A stretch of DNA of 28,285 bases from an uncultured Candidatus Saccharibacteria bacterium (GCA_964359535.1 CAYHTF010000001.1:1-28285); one strand, 5' to 3'. Shown: positions 7,683-17,279, counted from the stretch's first letter. Translations and numbers: made by a program. The notes: a model not told the origin generated them from the letters alone.

Positions 7683-9449
7683 ATGAAAGTTGAACCGCAG
7701 CAGTTAAAATCATTTCTGGCGGACGCGGGCCTGGTCAAAGAAAAGCAGTTTGACGAGGCCCTGGCCAAAGCGGAAAAAACCAAACAGAAAGTAGGCGATA
7801 TTTTGGTTTCCGATGGCCTACTCTCTCAGGAGCAGATGATAAAAATGGAGGCCTATATTCTGGGCATCCCTTTTGTTAATTTGGAAGAAGAAACCATTGA
7901 TCCGAAAATACTTAAAATTATACCCGAACCCATTGCCCGTTCGCACAATATCATCGCTTTTAGAAAAAAAGACCAAAACCTTGAAGTGGCAATGCTCGAC
8001 CCTGAGGATTTAAGAACAATTGAGTTTATCAAGAAAAAAGCCAATTTGAAAATTCTGCCGCGGCTGACAACCGTGGATTCAATCAAAAACGCCTTGCGCC
8101 AGTACGCCAAGTCGCTGGAAGCGGAGTTTGGTGAAATCATCAGAAAGGACGCGGGCATTATTAAAATAATCAGAGAAAGCGACGAATCGGCCGGGAGCAA
8201 AGAAGTAGAGAAAGAAGAATTAAGAAAGGCAGCCGAAGAATTGCCGGTTATTCGTATTGTGGACACTTTAATTAAGCACGCTATTCTTCAGCGCACATCG
8301 GATATTCATATTGAGCCCACGGAAAAAGAAGTGATAGTTAGATACCGCATAGACGGCATTTTAAGAGACGCGATGCTTCTGCCCAAAACAGCGGCTTCGG
8401 GGATTGTGGCTCGCATCAAAGTTTTAAGCGACTTAAAATTAGACGAGCATCGTTTGCCGCAAGACGGAAGATTTAAGGTTGAAACCGAGGAATACCGCTA
8501 TTCTGTAAGGGTGTCCATCTTGCCGGTATTTGACGGAGAAAAAATCGTGATGCGTCTTTTGCCCGAAACATCTTCTAAAGCCCTTACACTGGAGGGCTTG
8601 GGACTTAGAGGGATGGCTTTGGAAAAAATACAAGACGCTCTAAAAAGGCCTGTGGGTATGATTTTAATTACCGGGCCGACCGGTTCGGGAAAGACCACCA
8701 CCTTATACGGTATGATGGAAATTTTGAACGACCCGGGCGTTAATATCTCCACGGTTGAGGACCCGATTGAGTATCGTATGCCTAGAATTAATCAAACGCA
8801 GGTTAATCCCAAAATCGGCTTTACTTTCGCCTCGGGTCTGCGCTCGCTGGTTCGGCAAGACCCCGATGTGATTATGGTGGGCGAAATTCGAGACAACGAA
8901 ACCGCCTCGCTGGCCATTAACGCGGCTCTCACCGGACACTTGGTGCTGTCCACTTTGCATACCAACTCGGCGGCCGGGTCTATTCCTCGGCTGATTGATA
9001 TGCAGGCCGAGCCGTTTCTTATTTCTTCCACGGTGAATATTATTTTGGCCCAGCGGCTGGTCCGGCGGCTTTGCTCGGAAAAAGAAAAATACACCCTGAA
9101 CGAGGCGGAAATAAAGGACTTGGATAAATACTGCGATATGGACAAAATTATGGCTATGTTTAAGGAAGAAAAAATCGCCAAACCGAACGACACGCTCAAA
9201 GATATTACTTTTTACCGCCCTAAGACAACCAAAGAAAACGAGGACGGCTACAGTGGCCGCATAGGCATTTACGAAGCCCTGCCCATAACCGAGACCATCA
9301 AGGATATGATTGTTAAAAAAGCGACCTCGGACCAAATACAGAAGGAAGCGGAAAAAGAAGGAATGAGAACAATGTCCGAGGACGGGTTTGTCAAGGCGGC
9401 GCAGGGAGTAACATCGATTGAGGAAGTATTAAGAGTCATCACTGAATAA
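7683..9449 (+). CDS. pilB: type IV pilus assembly ATPase PilB (GspE family)
   Basis: MshE-N-like domain; AILQRTSDIHIEP, GPTGSGKTTTLYGMM, EDPIEYRMPRINQTQVN, RQDPDVIMVGEIRDNETA, TGHLVLSTLHTN. Confidence 0.97.
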   Translation: MKVEPQQLKSFLADAGLVKEKQFDEALAKAEKTKQKVGDILVSDGLLSQEQMIKMEAYILGIPFVNLEEETIDPKILKIIPEPIARSHNIIAFRKKDQNLEVAMLDPEDLRTIEFIKKKANLKILPRLTTVDSIKNALRQYAKSLEAEFGEIIRKDAGIIKIIRESDESAGSKEVEKEELRKAAEELPVIRIVDTLIKHAILQRTSDIHIEPTEKEVIVRYRIDGILRDAMLLPKTAASGIVARIKVLSDLKLDEHRLPQDGRFKVETEEYRYSVRVSILPVFDGEKIVMRLLPETSSKALTLEGLGLRGMALEKIQDALKRPVGMILITGPTGSGKTTTLYGMMEILNDPGVNISTVEDPIEYRMPRINQTQVNPKIGFTFASGLRSLVRQDPDVIMVGEIRDNETASLAINAALTGHLVLSTLHTNSAAGSIPRLIDMQAEPFLISSTVNIILAQRLVRRLCSEKEKYTLNEAEIKDLDKYCDMDKIMAMFKEEKIAKPNDTLKDITFYRPKTTKENEDGYSGRIGIYEALPITETIKDMIVKKATSDQIQKEAEKEGMRTMSEDGFVKAAQGVTSIEEVLRVITE

Positions 9450-9451
9450 TT

Positions 9452-10681
9452 ATGCCTTCATATTCTTATACCGCTAAATCATTGCAAGGAGAAGAGGTCT
9501 CCGGAGAAAAAACCGCCAAAAGCGAGAGAGACCTGGCCGGCCTGCTTCGTCAGGACGGCTTCGTTTTGATTACCGCTAACGAAATGGGCCGCCCCAAAAA
9601 GATTTCTCTTTTTGAGGCCGTCAAAAACAGCATACCTTTTTTGGGCAAGGTTTCTTTGACCGAGAAAATGATGTTCGCCAAAAATTTGCAGGTGATGGTT
9701 AAGGCCGGCATTGCTTTGCCCAGAGGATTGCAGATATTGTCCACGCAATCAAAAAACTCGCAATTTAAAAAGGCGCTGGAAACGATTGGCGAGGACATTA
9801 GCAAGGGACGCAATTTTTCCGAGGCCTTGGGTAGGTATCCGCGGATTTTTTCCGAACTTTTCCAAAGCATGGTGGCGGTGGGAGAAACAAGCGGCACATT
9901 AGAGGATGTTCTGCGAGTGTTGACCAAGCAAATGGAAAGAGATCATGAGCTCAAGTCAAAGATAAAGGGCGCGATGACCTATCCGATTGTTATTATCTGC
10001 GCGATGATTGCTGTTGGCATAGTGATGATGGTTACGGTGGTGCCCAAGCTCTCGGAAACTTTCATAGAGCTGAAAGTTGAACTGCCCCCTTCCACTAAAA
10101 TAGTAATTGGCTTGGGCAATTTTTTGGCCCAATTCTGGTATTTAGTGCCGATTATTGTCTTGGTTTTGTTTTTTTTGATTAGATTTATTTTGTCGCTGAA
10201 AATGGGAAAAAAAGCAACCGACGGTTTATTTTTAAGGATGCCGGCCATCGGCCCTCTAATCAAAAAAACAAACGCGGCCTATACGGCGCGCACTTTGGCC
10301 TCGTTGATTAGCGCGGGTGTGCCGATTGTAAGGGCATTGGAAGTGGTGGCCAAGACATTAAATAATTTTTATTTTCGGGAGGCCATTATTCAGGTCGCGG
10401 AAAAAGTAAGCCGGGGTTCGGAACTTTCTACGGCCTTAAAGCCCTACCAAAATATTTATCCTTCGCTGGTAGTGCAGATGATTGAAGTGGGCGAGGAAAC
10501 CGGCCAAAGCGCGGAGATTTTGGAAAAACTGGCCGACTTTTATGAGGCCGAAGTAAGCGACGCCACCAAAAACATATCTTCCATTGTTGAGCCAGCTCTG
10601 ATGATTATCATTGGCGTGGTCGTCGCCTTTTTCGCCGTTTCAATGATCCAGCCAATGTATTCAATGATGGATTCGATATAA
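9452..10681 (+). CDS. pilC: type IV pilus inner membrane platform protein PilC (GspF family)
   Basis: Two T2SSF repeats, e.g. FAKNLQVMVKAGIALPRGLQIL and YTARTLASLISAGVPIVRALEVVAKTLNN; C-term ALMIIIGVVVAFFAVSMIQPMYSMMDSI. Confidence 0.96.
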   Translation: MPSYSYTAKSLQGEEVSGEKTAKSERDLAGLLRQDGFVLITANEMGRPKKISLFEAVKNSIPFLGKVSLTEKMMFAKNLQVMVKAGIALPRGLQILSTQSKNSQFKKALETIGEDISKGRNFSEALGRYPRIFSELFQSMVAVGETSGTLEDVLRVLTKQMERDHELKSKIKGAMTYPIVIICAMIAVGIVMMVTVVPKLSETFIELKVELPPSTKIVIGLGNFLAQFWYLVPIIVLVLFFLIRFILSLKMGKKATDGLFLRMPAIGPLIKKTNAAYTARTLASLISAGVPIVRALEVVAKTLNNFYFREAIIQVAEKVSRGSELSTALKPYQNIYPSLVVQMIEVGEETGQSAEILEKLADFYEAEVSDATKNISSIVEPALMIIIGVVVAFFAVSMIQPMYSMMDSI

Positions 10682-10682
10682 A

Positions 10683-11552
10683 ATGAAAAACGGTTTCACG
10701 CTTATTGAGATATTGATTGTTGTTGCTATTTTGGGTTTGCTGATGGCTGGCGCTGTGCCGGGATTTCAGTATTTTCAAAAGCAGCGCGATTTGGGTTCTG
10801 GGGCGGACGGCATTATGTCTGCTTTGCGCCTGGCTCGAAGCAAAACATTGGCTTCGCAGAACGACAGCCCTTGGGGCGTTTATTTTTTTAACTCTGCCGC
10901 GCCCAATGAATATGTTTTATTTAATGGTTCCAGTTATGCCGAGCGAACCCTGTCTTTAGATGAAGTTCATTTTTTGCCGGTTTCAGTGGCGATAAGCCAA
11001 ATCAGCTTGTCAATCGGACAGGAGGTTGTTTTTAGCCGGTTGAGCGGTAATGCTTCTTCTTCGGGCAGTGTTGTTTTGCAATTAGTCAATGAGCCAGCCA
11101 AAACAAAAACGATTTATGTCTCTTCTTCTGGCCAAGCGGGGCTGACGGCTTTCTCTTCTCCCAGCGACAGCGCAAGAATCAAGGACTCCCGGCATATTCA
11201 TTTTAATTATTCGCGAATAATTAGCGCGCCGACGGAAAAAATCACTTTGATTTTCGGCAATCCGCAGATAGTCAGCCAGGAAATAAATATCGCGGAAAAT
11301 ATGCGGGACGGCCAGATTTATTGGTCGGGCGAGGTTGATGTTGCCGGAACCATACAAAAATTAAAAATACACACGCATTGGTTAAACTCTTCGGACACCC
11401 AGCTTTGTATTGACCGCGACCGAAGATACAACGATAAATTTTTGAAAATTACCATTTCTGGAGACGGTTCCGGCAGTTTGATTGAATACAGCGCGGACGG
11501 CTTAACTACCCAAGGCGGTTCAATTTATACCAGCAGTCCCCAATTGCAATGA
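10683..11552 (+). CDS. type IV pilin/pseudopilin (GspH/FimT-like)
   Basis: Class III signal MKNG|FTLIEILIVVAILGLLMAGAVPGF. Confidence 0.88.
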   Translation: MKNGFTLIEILIVVAILGLLMAGAVPGFQYFQKQRDLGSGADGIMSALRLARSKTLASQNDSPWGVYFFNSAAPNEYVLFNGSSYAERTLSLDEVHFLPVSVAISQISLSIGQEVVFSRLSGNASSSGSVVLQLVNEPAKTKTIYVSSSGQAGLTAFSSPSDSARIKDSRHIHFNYSRIISAPTEKITLIFGNPQIVSQEINIAENMRDGQIYWSGEVDVAGTIQKLKIHTHWLNSSDTQLCIDRDRRYNDKFLKITISGDGSGSLIEYSADGLTTQGGSIYTSSPQLQ

Positions 11553-12058
11553 AATTATTTTATGGCGCGGCAATTATAGAAATTTTAATCGCTATCGCTG
11601 TTTTGGCTTTGGTTTTAACTTCGGTTTTGGGTTTGGCCGGACTCTCGTTACAAAGCGCTGGGCTGATTCAGCAAACAGTGGCGGCCGTGAATTTGGCGCA
11701 GGAAGCAATGGAAGCGGCTCGCAGTTTTAGAGACGCCGTTGCCTGGGAGAACGAAGATCCGCAGGATCAATATGACGGTTTGGGAGTGCTCGCGCCCGGC
11801 GCTTTTTACCATCCGGCCAAGTCGCAGGACAGCCAGCCCAAATGGATGCTTTTGTCCGGCCAGGAAACATTTGGCGGTTTTTCAAGAAAAATTGTTTTTG
11901 AAAATGTTTCCCGCGACTCCAGCCAGAATATTGAATCGGTTTATAACCCGGCCAATAACGACCCGGACACTAAAAAAGCGATTGTTTCTGTTTCTTGGCA
12001 GGAGAAAGGCCGGCCGCATTCAGTTGAATTGAATACTTATTTAACCAACTGGCGATGA
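11549..12058 (+). CDS. type IV pilus pseudopilin (PilV/GspI-like)
   Basis: Atypical prepilin signal MKLFYG|AAIIEILIAIAVLALVLTSV; Glu5 conserved; NLAQEAMEAARSFRD; overlaps both neighbours. Confidence 0.8.
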   Translation: MKLFYGAAIIEILIAIAVLALVLTSVLGLAGLSLQSAGLIQQTVAAVNLAQEAMEAARSFRDAVAWENEDPQDQYDGLGVLAPGAFYHPAKSQDSQPKWMLLSGQETFGGFSRKIVFENVSRDSSQNIESVYNPANNDPDTKKAIVSVSWQEKGRPHSVELNTYLTNWR

Positions 12059-12570
12059 TTAAAAGGGAGGGATTCACAATGGTAGAAATATTGGTTTATG
12101 TGGCTGTTTTAGGATTGCTCGTTTCAGCTATCGCTTCTTTTTTTCTTTGGGCGTCAAATGTAAGCGCCAAAAATCAAGCGATGGCCGAAGTTCTTAATAA
12201 CGGCCAAAGAGCTCTTTCAACCATAACCATTGAAATTAGAAAAGCGAAAACCGTTTATTCTCCCACTATGTCTGCTTCGCAATTGTCGCTGGAAACAAAC
12301 GATAGTTTGGGAGCGGGCGAGACAAGCGGCTTTGTTGATTTTTTTCTGTGCGGAGAACAGCTCTGCTTGAAAAGAGAAGGCCAGCCGGTTTTGGCCATAA
12401 CTTCCGATAAGGTAGTTGTTTCTTATTTATCTTTTACGGTCGTTAATTACAGCACAACCACGGCTTCGGTTCAAATCGGATTGAAGGTTGATTATAAGGG
12501 CGGAGAGGGCAAAGCCGAGCGGCAAGCCGCGTTTAACGCGACCTCCACGGCCGCTTTGAGGCCTTATTAA
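12055..12570 (+). CDS. type IV pilus pseudopilin (PilW/GspJ-like)
   Basis: MIKREG|FTMVEILVYVAVLGLLVSAIASFFLW. Confidence 0.82.
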   Translation: MIKREGFTMVEILVYVAVLGLLVSAIASFFLWASNVSAKNQAMAEVLNNGQRALSTITIEIRKAKTVYSPTMSASQLSLETNDSLGAGETSGFVDFFLCGEQLCLKREGQPVLAITSDKVVVSYLSFTVVNYSTTTASVQIGLKVDYKGGEGKAERQAAFNATSTAALRPY

Positions 12571-12575
12571 AAAAT

Positions 12576-14390
12576 ATGTTATGTCTTAAAAGCCAAAAAG
12601 GATTTGCCGTTTTTTATTTAACTATGCTGGTAATGGCCGTGGCGCTTGGCTTGACCGCGTCGGTTTTCGCCTTATCGGCCAGCCAGCAAAAAATAGCGCA
12701 GGATGCCGTTAGGTCTAGTCAGGCCTATTACGCGGCCGAGGCGGGCGCTGAAGACGCGATTTATCGGATAAAAAAGATGCTGGATATCCCTTCGGAATAC
12801 AGTATCAATGTCGGGCAGGATATAGTGAATATTTCGGTTGATTCGCCTAACTCAAATCGCCGGGTGGTCACCGCTATCGCGTCAGTCAATGGAGCGGTGC
12901 GGAAAACACAAATCACGCTCAGTATCAGCGCTGTTAATCCGGAATTTTTTTATGGCACCCAAGCCGGAACATTGGGCGTTGAAATGGAAAACAATTCCCG
13001 GATTGAGGGAATAGGCGGTTCGGCCGGCAATATTTATTCCAATGGTTCAATTTTCGGGGCGCAGGGCGTGGTTATTACTGGCGATGCTTTTGTGGCCACG
13101 GGTATGTTGCAAGACCAAACCCATACTGTTTACAATAGCGGCCAGGTTTTTGGTCAAACTAACCCGGTTATTGATATGGCGCAAAGCTTCAAGCCCTCTA
13201 TTTCCGAAAAATTGGTCAAGGCGAGCGTTTATATCAAGAAAATCGGCTCGCCGTCTAATCGAACTATTCGGATTATGACCGACAGCGCCGGCTCGCCTTC
13301 AAAGGCCCAATTAGCTTCCGCTACTCTGAGCGGCAGTTTAGTCGGCACCAGTTATGGCTGGGTTGATGTTGTTTTTCCCTCGCCGTCAAGCTTGGTTCAA
13401 GACACGGTGTATTGGCTGGTTTTTGACGCCGCGCAAGATAATAACGATTACTGGTCTTGGGGCAAAGACAATGAGCAGGGCTATGGCAATGGTCAGGCGA
13501 AATATACCCAGAATTGGAATTCGGCCAGCCCGGTTTGGACAACGATTGCCGGCGATTTGGATTTTAAGATATTTATGGGCGGGCAGGCCACTTCATTAAA
13601 TGATGTTTTGGTTAAAGGCAATGCCTCGGCCAACACTATCAATAACAGCAAGATATGCGGCGACGCCTATTATCAAACCATAGATAGCGGCTCTCTTAGT
13701 TTTCTTAACAGCCCAAGCAGTCCCTGTTCTTCCCCTTTGACTCCGGGAACAGCGCACCCGGCCAGTCCGGATCCGCCCTTGCAGAATATGCCTCTTTCTG
13801 ATTCCAATATCAATCAATGGGAAGATGACGCGGAAAAGGGCGGAGTTCTCTCGGGCGACTTAGTTGTTGCTGTCAGTATGTCTTATGGCCCGAAAAAGAT
13901 TGAAGGCAATTTAACGGTTGATGGCAGTAAAACTCTCACCCTTACTGGCGCCATTTATGTCACGGGCAATATTAATATCGGCAATGGCGCGTCCGTGCGT
14001 TGCGATGCCTCGTATGGCGCGAACAGCTGTATTTTAATAGCCGATGGCTGGATTCATATTGAAAACAACGGCATTTTTAGCGGTTCCGGGCAAGCAGGCA
14101 GTTATGTTATGCTCTTGTCTAATTCAATATGCGATGGTTCTTTTCCAACCGGCTGCACTAACCATAACGCGGCTATTGATTTGCACAACAACGCGGCGGG
14201 CGCGGTATTTTACGCTGGCAATGGCTTGATTTATCTGCATAATGGCGTTGAAGTTTCCGAATTAACCGGCAAGAAACTGCATTTGGAAAATAACGCTATT
14301 GTCAGGTACGCGCAGGGCTTGGCCAGCGCTAATTTCAGTTCTGGACCCGGCGCGTCGTGGCAGATAGAGGACTGGCAAGAAATTGAGTGA
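12576..14390 (+). CDS. PilX-like pilus protein with large inserted beta-rich domains
   Basis: N-term KGFAVFYLTMLVMAVALGLTASVFAL...AQDAVRSSQAYYAAEAGAEDAIYRIKKML (PilX_N-like); QSFKPS...DTVYWLVFDAAQDNNDYW insert; polymer-like DLVVAVSMSYGPKKIEGNLTVDGSKTLTLTGAIYVTGNINIGNG. Confidence 0.8.
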   Translation: MLCLKSQKGFAVFYLTMLVMAVALGLTASVFALSASQQKIAQDAVRSSQAYYAAEAGAEDAIYRIKKMLDIPSEYSINVGQDIVNISVDSPNSNRRVVTAIASVNGAVRKTQITLSISAVNPEFFYGTQAGTLGVEMENNSRIEGIGGSAGNIYSNGSIFGAQGVVITGDAFVATGMLQDQTHTVYNSGQVFGQTNPVIDMAQSFKPSISEKLVKASVYIKKIGSPSNRTIRIMTDSAGSPSKAQLASATLSGSLVGTSYGWVDVVFPSPSSLVQDTVYWLVFDAAQDNNDYWSWGKDNEQGYGNGQAKYTQNWNSASPVWTTIAGDLDFKIFMGGQATSLNDVLVKGNASANTINNSKICGDAYYQTIDSGSLSFLNSPSSPCSSPLTPGTAHPASPDPPLQNMPLSDSNINQWEDDAEKGGVLSGDLVVAVSMSYGPKKIEGNLTVDGSKTLTLTGAIYVTGNINIGNGASVRCDASYGANSCILIADGWIHIENNGIFSGSGQAGSYVMLLSNSICDGSFPTGCTNHNAAIDLHNNAAGAVFYAGNGLIYLHNGVEVSELTGKKLHLENNAIVRYAQGLASANFSSGPGASWQIEDWQEIE

Positions 14391-14425
14391 TTTTTGTGAT
14401 ACAATGATAAAAAGGCAATGAAAAA

Positions 14426-15520
14426 ATGTTTGACTTTTTAACCTTAAAATTGAGCGCTTTCGGTTTGGATATTTCCGACTTGTCAATAAAGTTAGCTTAT
14501 CTCAAAAAGAAAAAGGGAATTTTAGGCGTGGCTTCTTATGGCGAAACGAAATTAAAGCCGGGCCTGGTGGAGAAGGGCGAGATTAAAGACGAAAAGGGGC
14601 TGGCTGACGCGATTAAAGCCGCAGTCAAGCAGGTTAAGGGCGAAAAACTTTCCACGAATCGCGTGATAGTCGGCCTGCCCGAAGAAAAGACCTTTTCCGA
14701 GGTTATCCAGATGCCTAAAACCAAAGAGGAGGATTTGCGAAAAGCGGTTTATTTTGAGGCGGAAAATCATATTCCTTTGCCTATTGAACAGGTCTATTTG
14801 GATTTTCAAGCGGTTGAACCGTTAAGCGGCCAATCGGACCACATTGATGTTTTGCTGTCTGCTATACCAAAAACAATAGCGGACGGTTATGTGGCCGCGA
14901 TTAAAAAAGCCGGCCTGCGGCCGATGGTTCTCGAGAGCGAATCCCAGGCCGTGGCCCGCGCTCTGATTAAAGACAATACGGCCACAGCCCCGGTTCTTAT
15001 AGTTGACATAGGCGCCGTTAGGACTATTTTTACGGTTTTTTCAGGCCGTTCTTTGCGTTTCACCAGTTCTATCCCTATTTCCTGCAATGAAATTACCGCG
15101 GCTATTGCCCGCGCTTTGTCTATTGATATTGGTCAAGTTGAGGCGCTGAGCGCGCGTTTTGATTTGAGAGCAAGAGACAAAGGGGGTGAAGGAAGAAAGA
15201 TTTTTGAGGCCTTAGTGCCGGTTTTCACTGATTTACTCGAGCAGATTAAAAAATGCATTGACTATTACCAAACGCACTCCCATTACGAAAACTTGGCCGA
15301 AGGCAAGAAAGTGGAAAAAATATATCTTTGCGGCGGCTGGGCTAATATCGTGAAAGACCTCGTTGATTTTTTGGGCGCAGAATTGAAAATACCCGTTGAA
15401 CTGGCTAATCCCTGGGTTAATATCGCGCCGGGCGGGCCGGAGACGGAAGGCAATTTGCCGGGGCATGGGTTGTCTTTTGTTACAGCTCTTGGCTTGGCAT
15501 TAAGGGGAATACAGCAATGA
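14426..15520 (+). CDS. pilM: type IV pilus assembly protein PilM (actin-like)
   Basis: FGLDISDLSIKLAYL, YFEAENHIPLPIEQVYLDF, VLIVDIGAVRTIFTVF, KIYLCGGWANI. Confidence 0.93.
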   Translation: MFDFLTLKLSAFGLDISDLSIKLAYLKKKKGILGVASYGETKLKPGLVEKGEIKDEKGLADAIKAAVKQVKGEKLSTNRVIVGLPEEKTFSEVIQMPKTKEEDLRKAVYFEAENHIPLPIEQVYLDFQAVEPLSGQSDHIDVLLSAIPKTIADGYVAAIKKAGLRPMVLESESQAVARALIKDNTATAPVLIVDIGAVRTIFTVFSGRSLRFTSSIPISCNEITAAIARALSIDIGQVEALSARFDLRARDKGGEGRKIFEALVPVFTDLLEQIKKCIDYYQTHSHYENLAEGKKVEKIYLCGGWANIVKDLVDFLGAELKIPVELANPWVNIAPGGPETEGNLPGHGLSFVTALGLALRGIQQ

Positions 15521-16086
15521 TTAATCTTTTACCGCCATCTGAAAAAATAATCCTCAGCGAAGAAAAAAACGCCCGGCTGGCGGCTATTCTTAGTATTGCG
15601 GCCGTGGCGTGCTTGATTTCTCTTACCGCCATACTTGTTTCCATTAATATTTATTTACAGTCCCAGTCGCAATCGCAAGTCATTATTTTTGAAGAAGCGA
15701 GCAAGCAGTTCAGGGGCTCTGAATTGCGCGGCTTGGAGCAGGAAATAACCTCTCTCAACCGTTCTTTTACCAGCTTAAAAGAGTTCTACGCGAGCAAGCC
15801 GTATCTTATCGCTGATGTTTTGGAAAAGATAAATAAGGTTGTGCCCGAGGGCATTTTTTTGGACGAAATTTCATTTAGCGTTTCCGCGAACGCGGAGCAG
15901 GAAAAAAGCGCCACGACCACGGCCCAAATTTTTCTTTCGGGTTTGGCCGTAAAAAGGAGTTTGATTTTTGATTTTAAGCGCAATCTGGAAGCCCAGTCGT
16001 TTTTCGACGAGGTTTATTTTCCTCCCGAGGACTGGGTCAAGCCGGAAAACGCCAGGTTTTCCGTTAAGCTCAAAATAGTGTTTTAG
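15517..16086 (+). CDS. pilN: PilN-like type IV pilus assembly protein
   Basis: NLLPPSEK N-terminal motif, single TM, PEGIFLDEISF...FLSGLAVKRSLIFDFKRNLEAQSFFDEVYFPP; position between pilM and pilO-like gene. Confidence 0.87.
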   Translation: MINLLPPSEKIILSEEKNARLAAILSIAAVACLISLTAILVSINIYLQSQSQSQVIIFEEASKQFRGSELRGLEQEITSLNRSFTSLKEFYASKPYLIADVLEKINKVVPEGIFLDEISFSVSANAEQEKSATTTAQIFLSGLAVKRSLIFDFKRNLEAQSFFDEVYFPPEDWVKPENARFSVKLKIVF

Positions 16087-16093
16087 CAAAACA

Positions 16094-16657
16094 ATGAAAA
16101 AAACTATTATCATCATTGTCGTTGCCGCAGTTATTGTTTCTGCTTTTATTTTTTTTGTTATCGCGCCCTTGATGGCTAATATGAAAAAAAATTCCAACGA
16201 TCTTTTGAGCGCCAAAAAAACATATTCGGCTTTACAGGAGCAAATTGACAATCTTGAGCAGTTCAAGGCAACTCGCCAGATGCTGGAATACGACAGAGCG
16301 AAAGCCGATAATTTGTTCGTTGACCCGGATATGCCCTTGCGTTTCGTCCAGCTTTTAGAGGACATTGCTGATGTCAGCCAAATAACTATCAGTATTTCGC
16401 CGGCTGGCTCAAAAGCGATAAAGGGCGATACTTGGCCGTCTATGGCTTTCAGAATTTCGGCCGCCGGTTCGACTGTTGGCTGTTTCAAGTTTTTGGAAAG
16501 ATTGGAAACAGCCCCTGCTTTGCTGGAAATCCAGAACCTTTCCATTTCCGCGATTAGCGAGGAGGAGGCCTTGCGAAGAAAGCAGCTGGGCTTGCCAACA
16601 GGCGAAGTAGAAGCCGAATTTTTAATTAAAGTTTATTCTATTAAACAACCCCGATGA
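16094..16657 (+). CDS. pilO: PilO-like type IV pilus assembly protein
   Basis: N-terminal TM, coiled coil, periplasmic/ectodomain TWPSMAFRISAAGSTVGCFKFLERLETAPALLEIQNLSIS. Confidence 0.82.
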   Translation: MKKTIIIIVVAAVIVSAFIFFVIAPLMANMKKNSNDLLSAKKTYSALQEQIDNLEQFKATRQMLEYDRAKADNLFVDPDMPLRFVQLLEDIADVSQITISISPAGSKAIKGDTWPSMAFRISAAGSTVGCFKFLERLETAPALLEIQNLSISAISEEEALRRKQLGLPTGEVEAEFLIKVYSIKQPR

Positions 16658-16971
16658 ATCTTAAATCAAAAATAGACGGCGCTAAAATAAAAACATTGGG
16701 GAAGCGATTGAAAGGCCTGCCTCTTTTTGTCGGCGAACGCGCTTTTTTATCCATTATTATTGTTATTTTTATTGAACTCGTTGCCGGCGGATTGCTGTTT
16801 TACAAGTACAGCGTTTTGCCCGGCAAAATAAAAATTGAAATTTCCGAGAATGCGGCTGATTTTAACAAAGATGATTACGAACGAGTAGTTAAGTTTTGGG
16901 AAGAACGGTCCAACAGAAGCCGAATCATAGAAGATAAAGTTTATTACAACCCGTTCAAACCCCTACCTTAG
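16654..16971 (+). CDS. small single-TM protein terminating the pilus operon, unknown function
   Basis: 4-nt overlap with pilO-like gene; hydrophobic FLSIIIVIFIELVAGGLLFYKY. Confidence 0.7.
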   Translation: MNLKSKIDGAKIKTLGKRLKGLPLFVGERAFLSIIIVIFIELVAGGLLFYKYSVLPGKIKIEISENAADFNKDDYERVVKFWEERSNRSRIIEDKVYYNPFKPLP

Positions 16972-16986
16972 TTTACGACTTTTTCC

Positions 16987-17032
16987 AATTGTGACGTCTC
17001 AAAACGCCATGGCATTTTGAGACGTCACAATT
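16987..17032. repeat. 46-bp near-perfect palindrome
   Basis: AATTGTGACGTCTCAAAAcGCCATGGCaTTTTGAGACGTCACAATT; one mismatch pair. Confidence 0.9.
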
Positions 17033-17089
17033 TGGGAGGGCTTTGGTTGCGTTTTCGCGGTATATTTTGTAGTATATTTTTATAGAAGA

Positions 17090-17162
17090 GTCCCCGTAGC
17101 ACAATGGATAATGCGACTGCCTTCTAAGCAGTAGATTGCAGGTTCGATCCCTGCCGGGGACA
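17090..17162 (+). tRNA. tRNA-Arg(TCT)
   Basis: GTCCCCG...CGGGGAC acceptor, anticodon arm ACTGC-CTTCTAA-GCAGT, GGTTCGATCCC T arm. Confidence 0.95.
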
Positions 17163-17250
17163 CAACGCTAAGCGTTGTTTACGGCCGCGCTGAGCGCGGC
17201 CACCAGGCACGCTCAGCGTGCCACATAAATTTTGCGTCAGCAAAAATTTA
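17162..17250. repeat. array of four consecutive short hairpins with different stems
   Basis: ACAACGCTAAGCGTTGT, GGCCGCGCTGAGCGCGGCC, GGCACGCTCAGCGTGCC, TAAATTTTGCGTCAGCAAAAATTTA. Confidence 0.85.
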
Positions 17251-17279
17251 TCCCAAATTACACACACAAATTACAGCAT

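Noticed and set aside
8439-9335. Long antisense ORFs across pilB (8703..9335, 8792..9199, 8498..8752)
   Set aside because: Mirror ORFs of a highly conserved GspE-family gene; low-information translations.
13042-13599. ORFs 13042..13278 and 13354..13599 inside the PilX-like gene
   Set aside because: Alternative-frame ORFs in a biased codon-usage region; no SD or homology.
17162-17250. CRISPR array
   Set aside because: Stems differ and there are no uniform spacers or repeats; no cas genes in the window.
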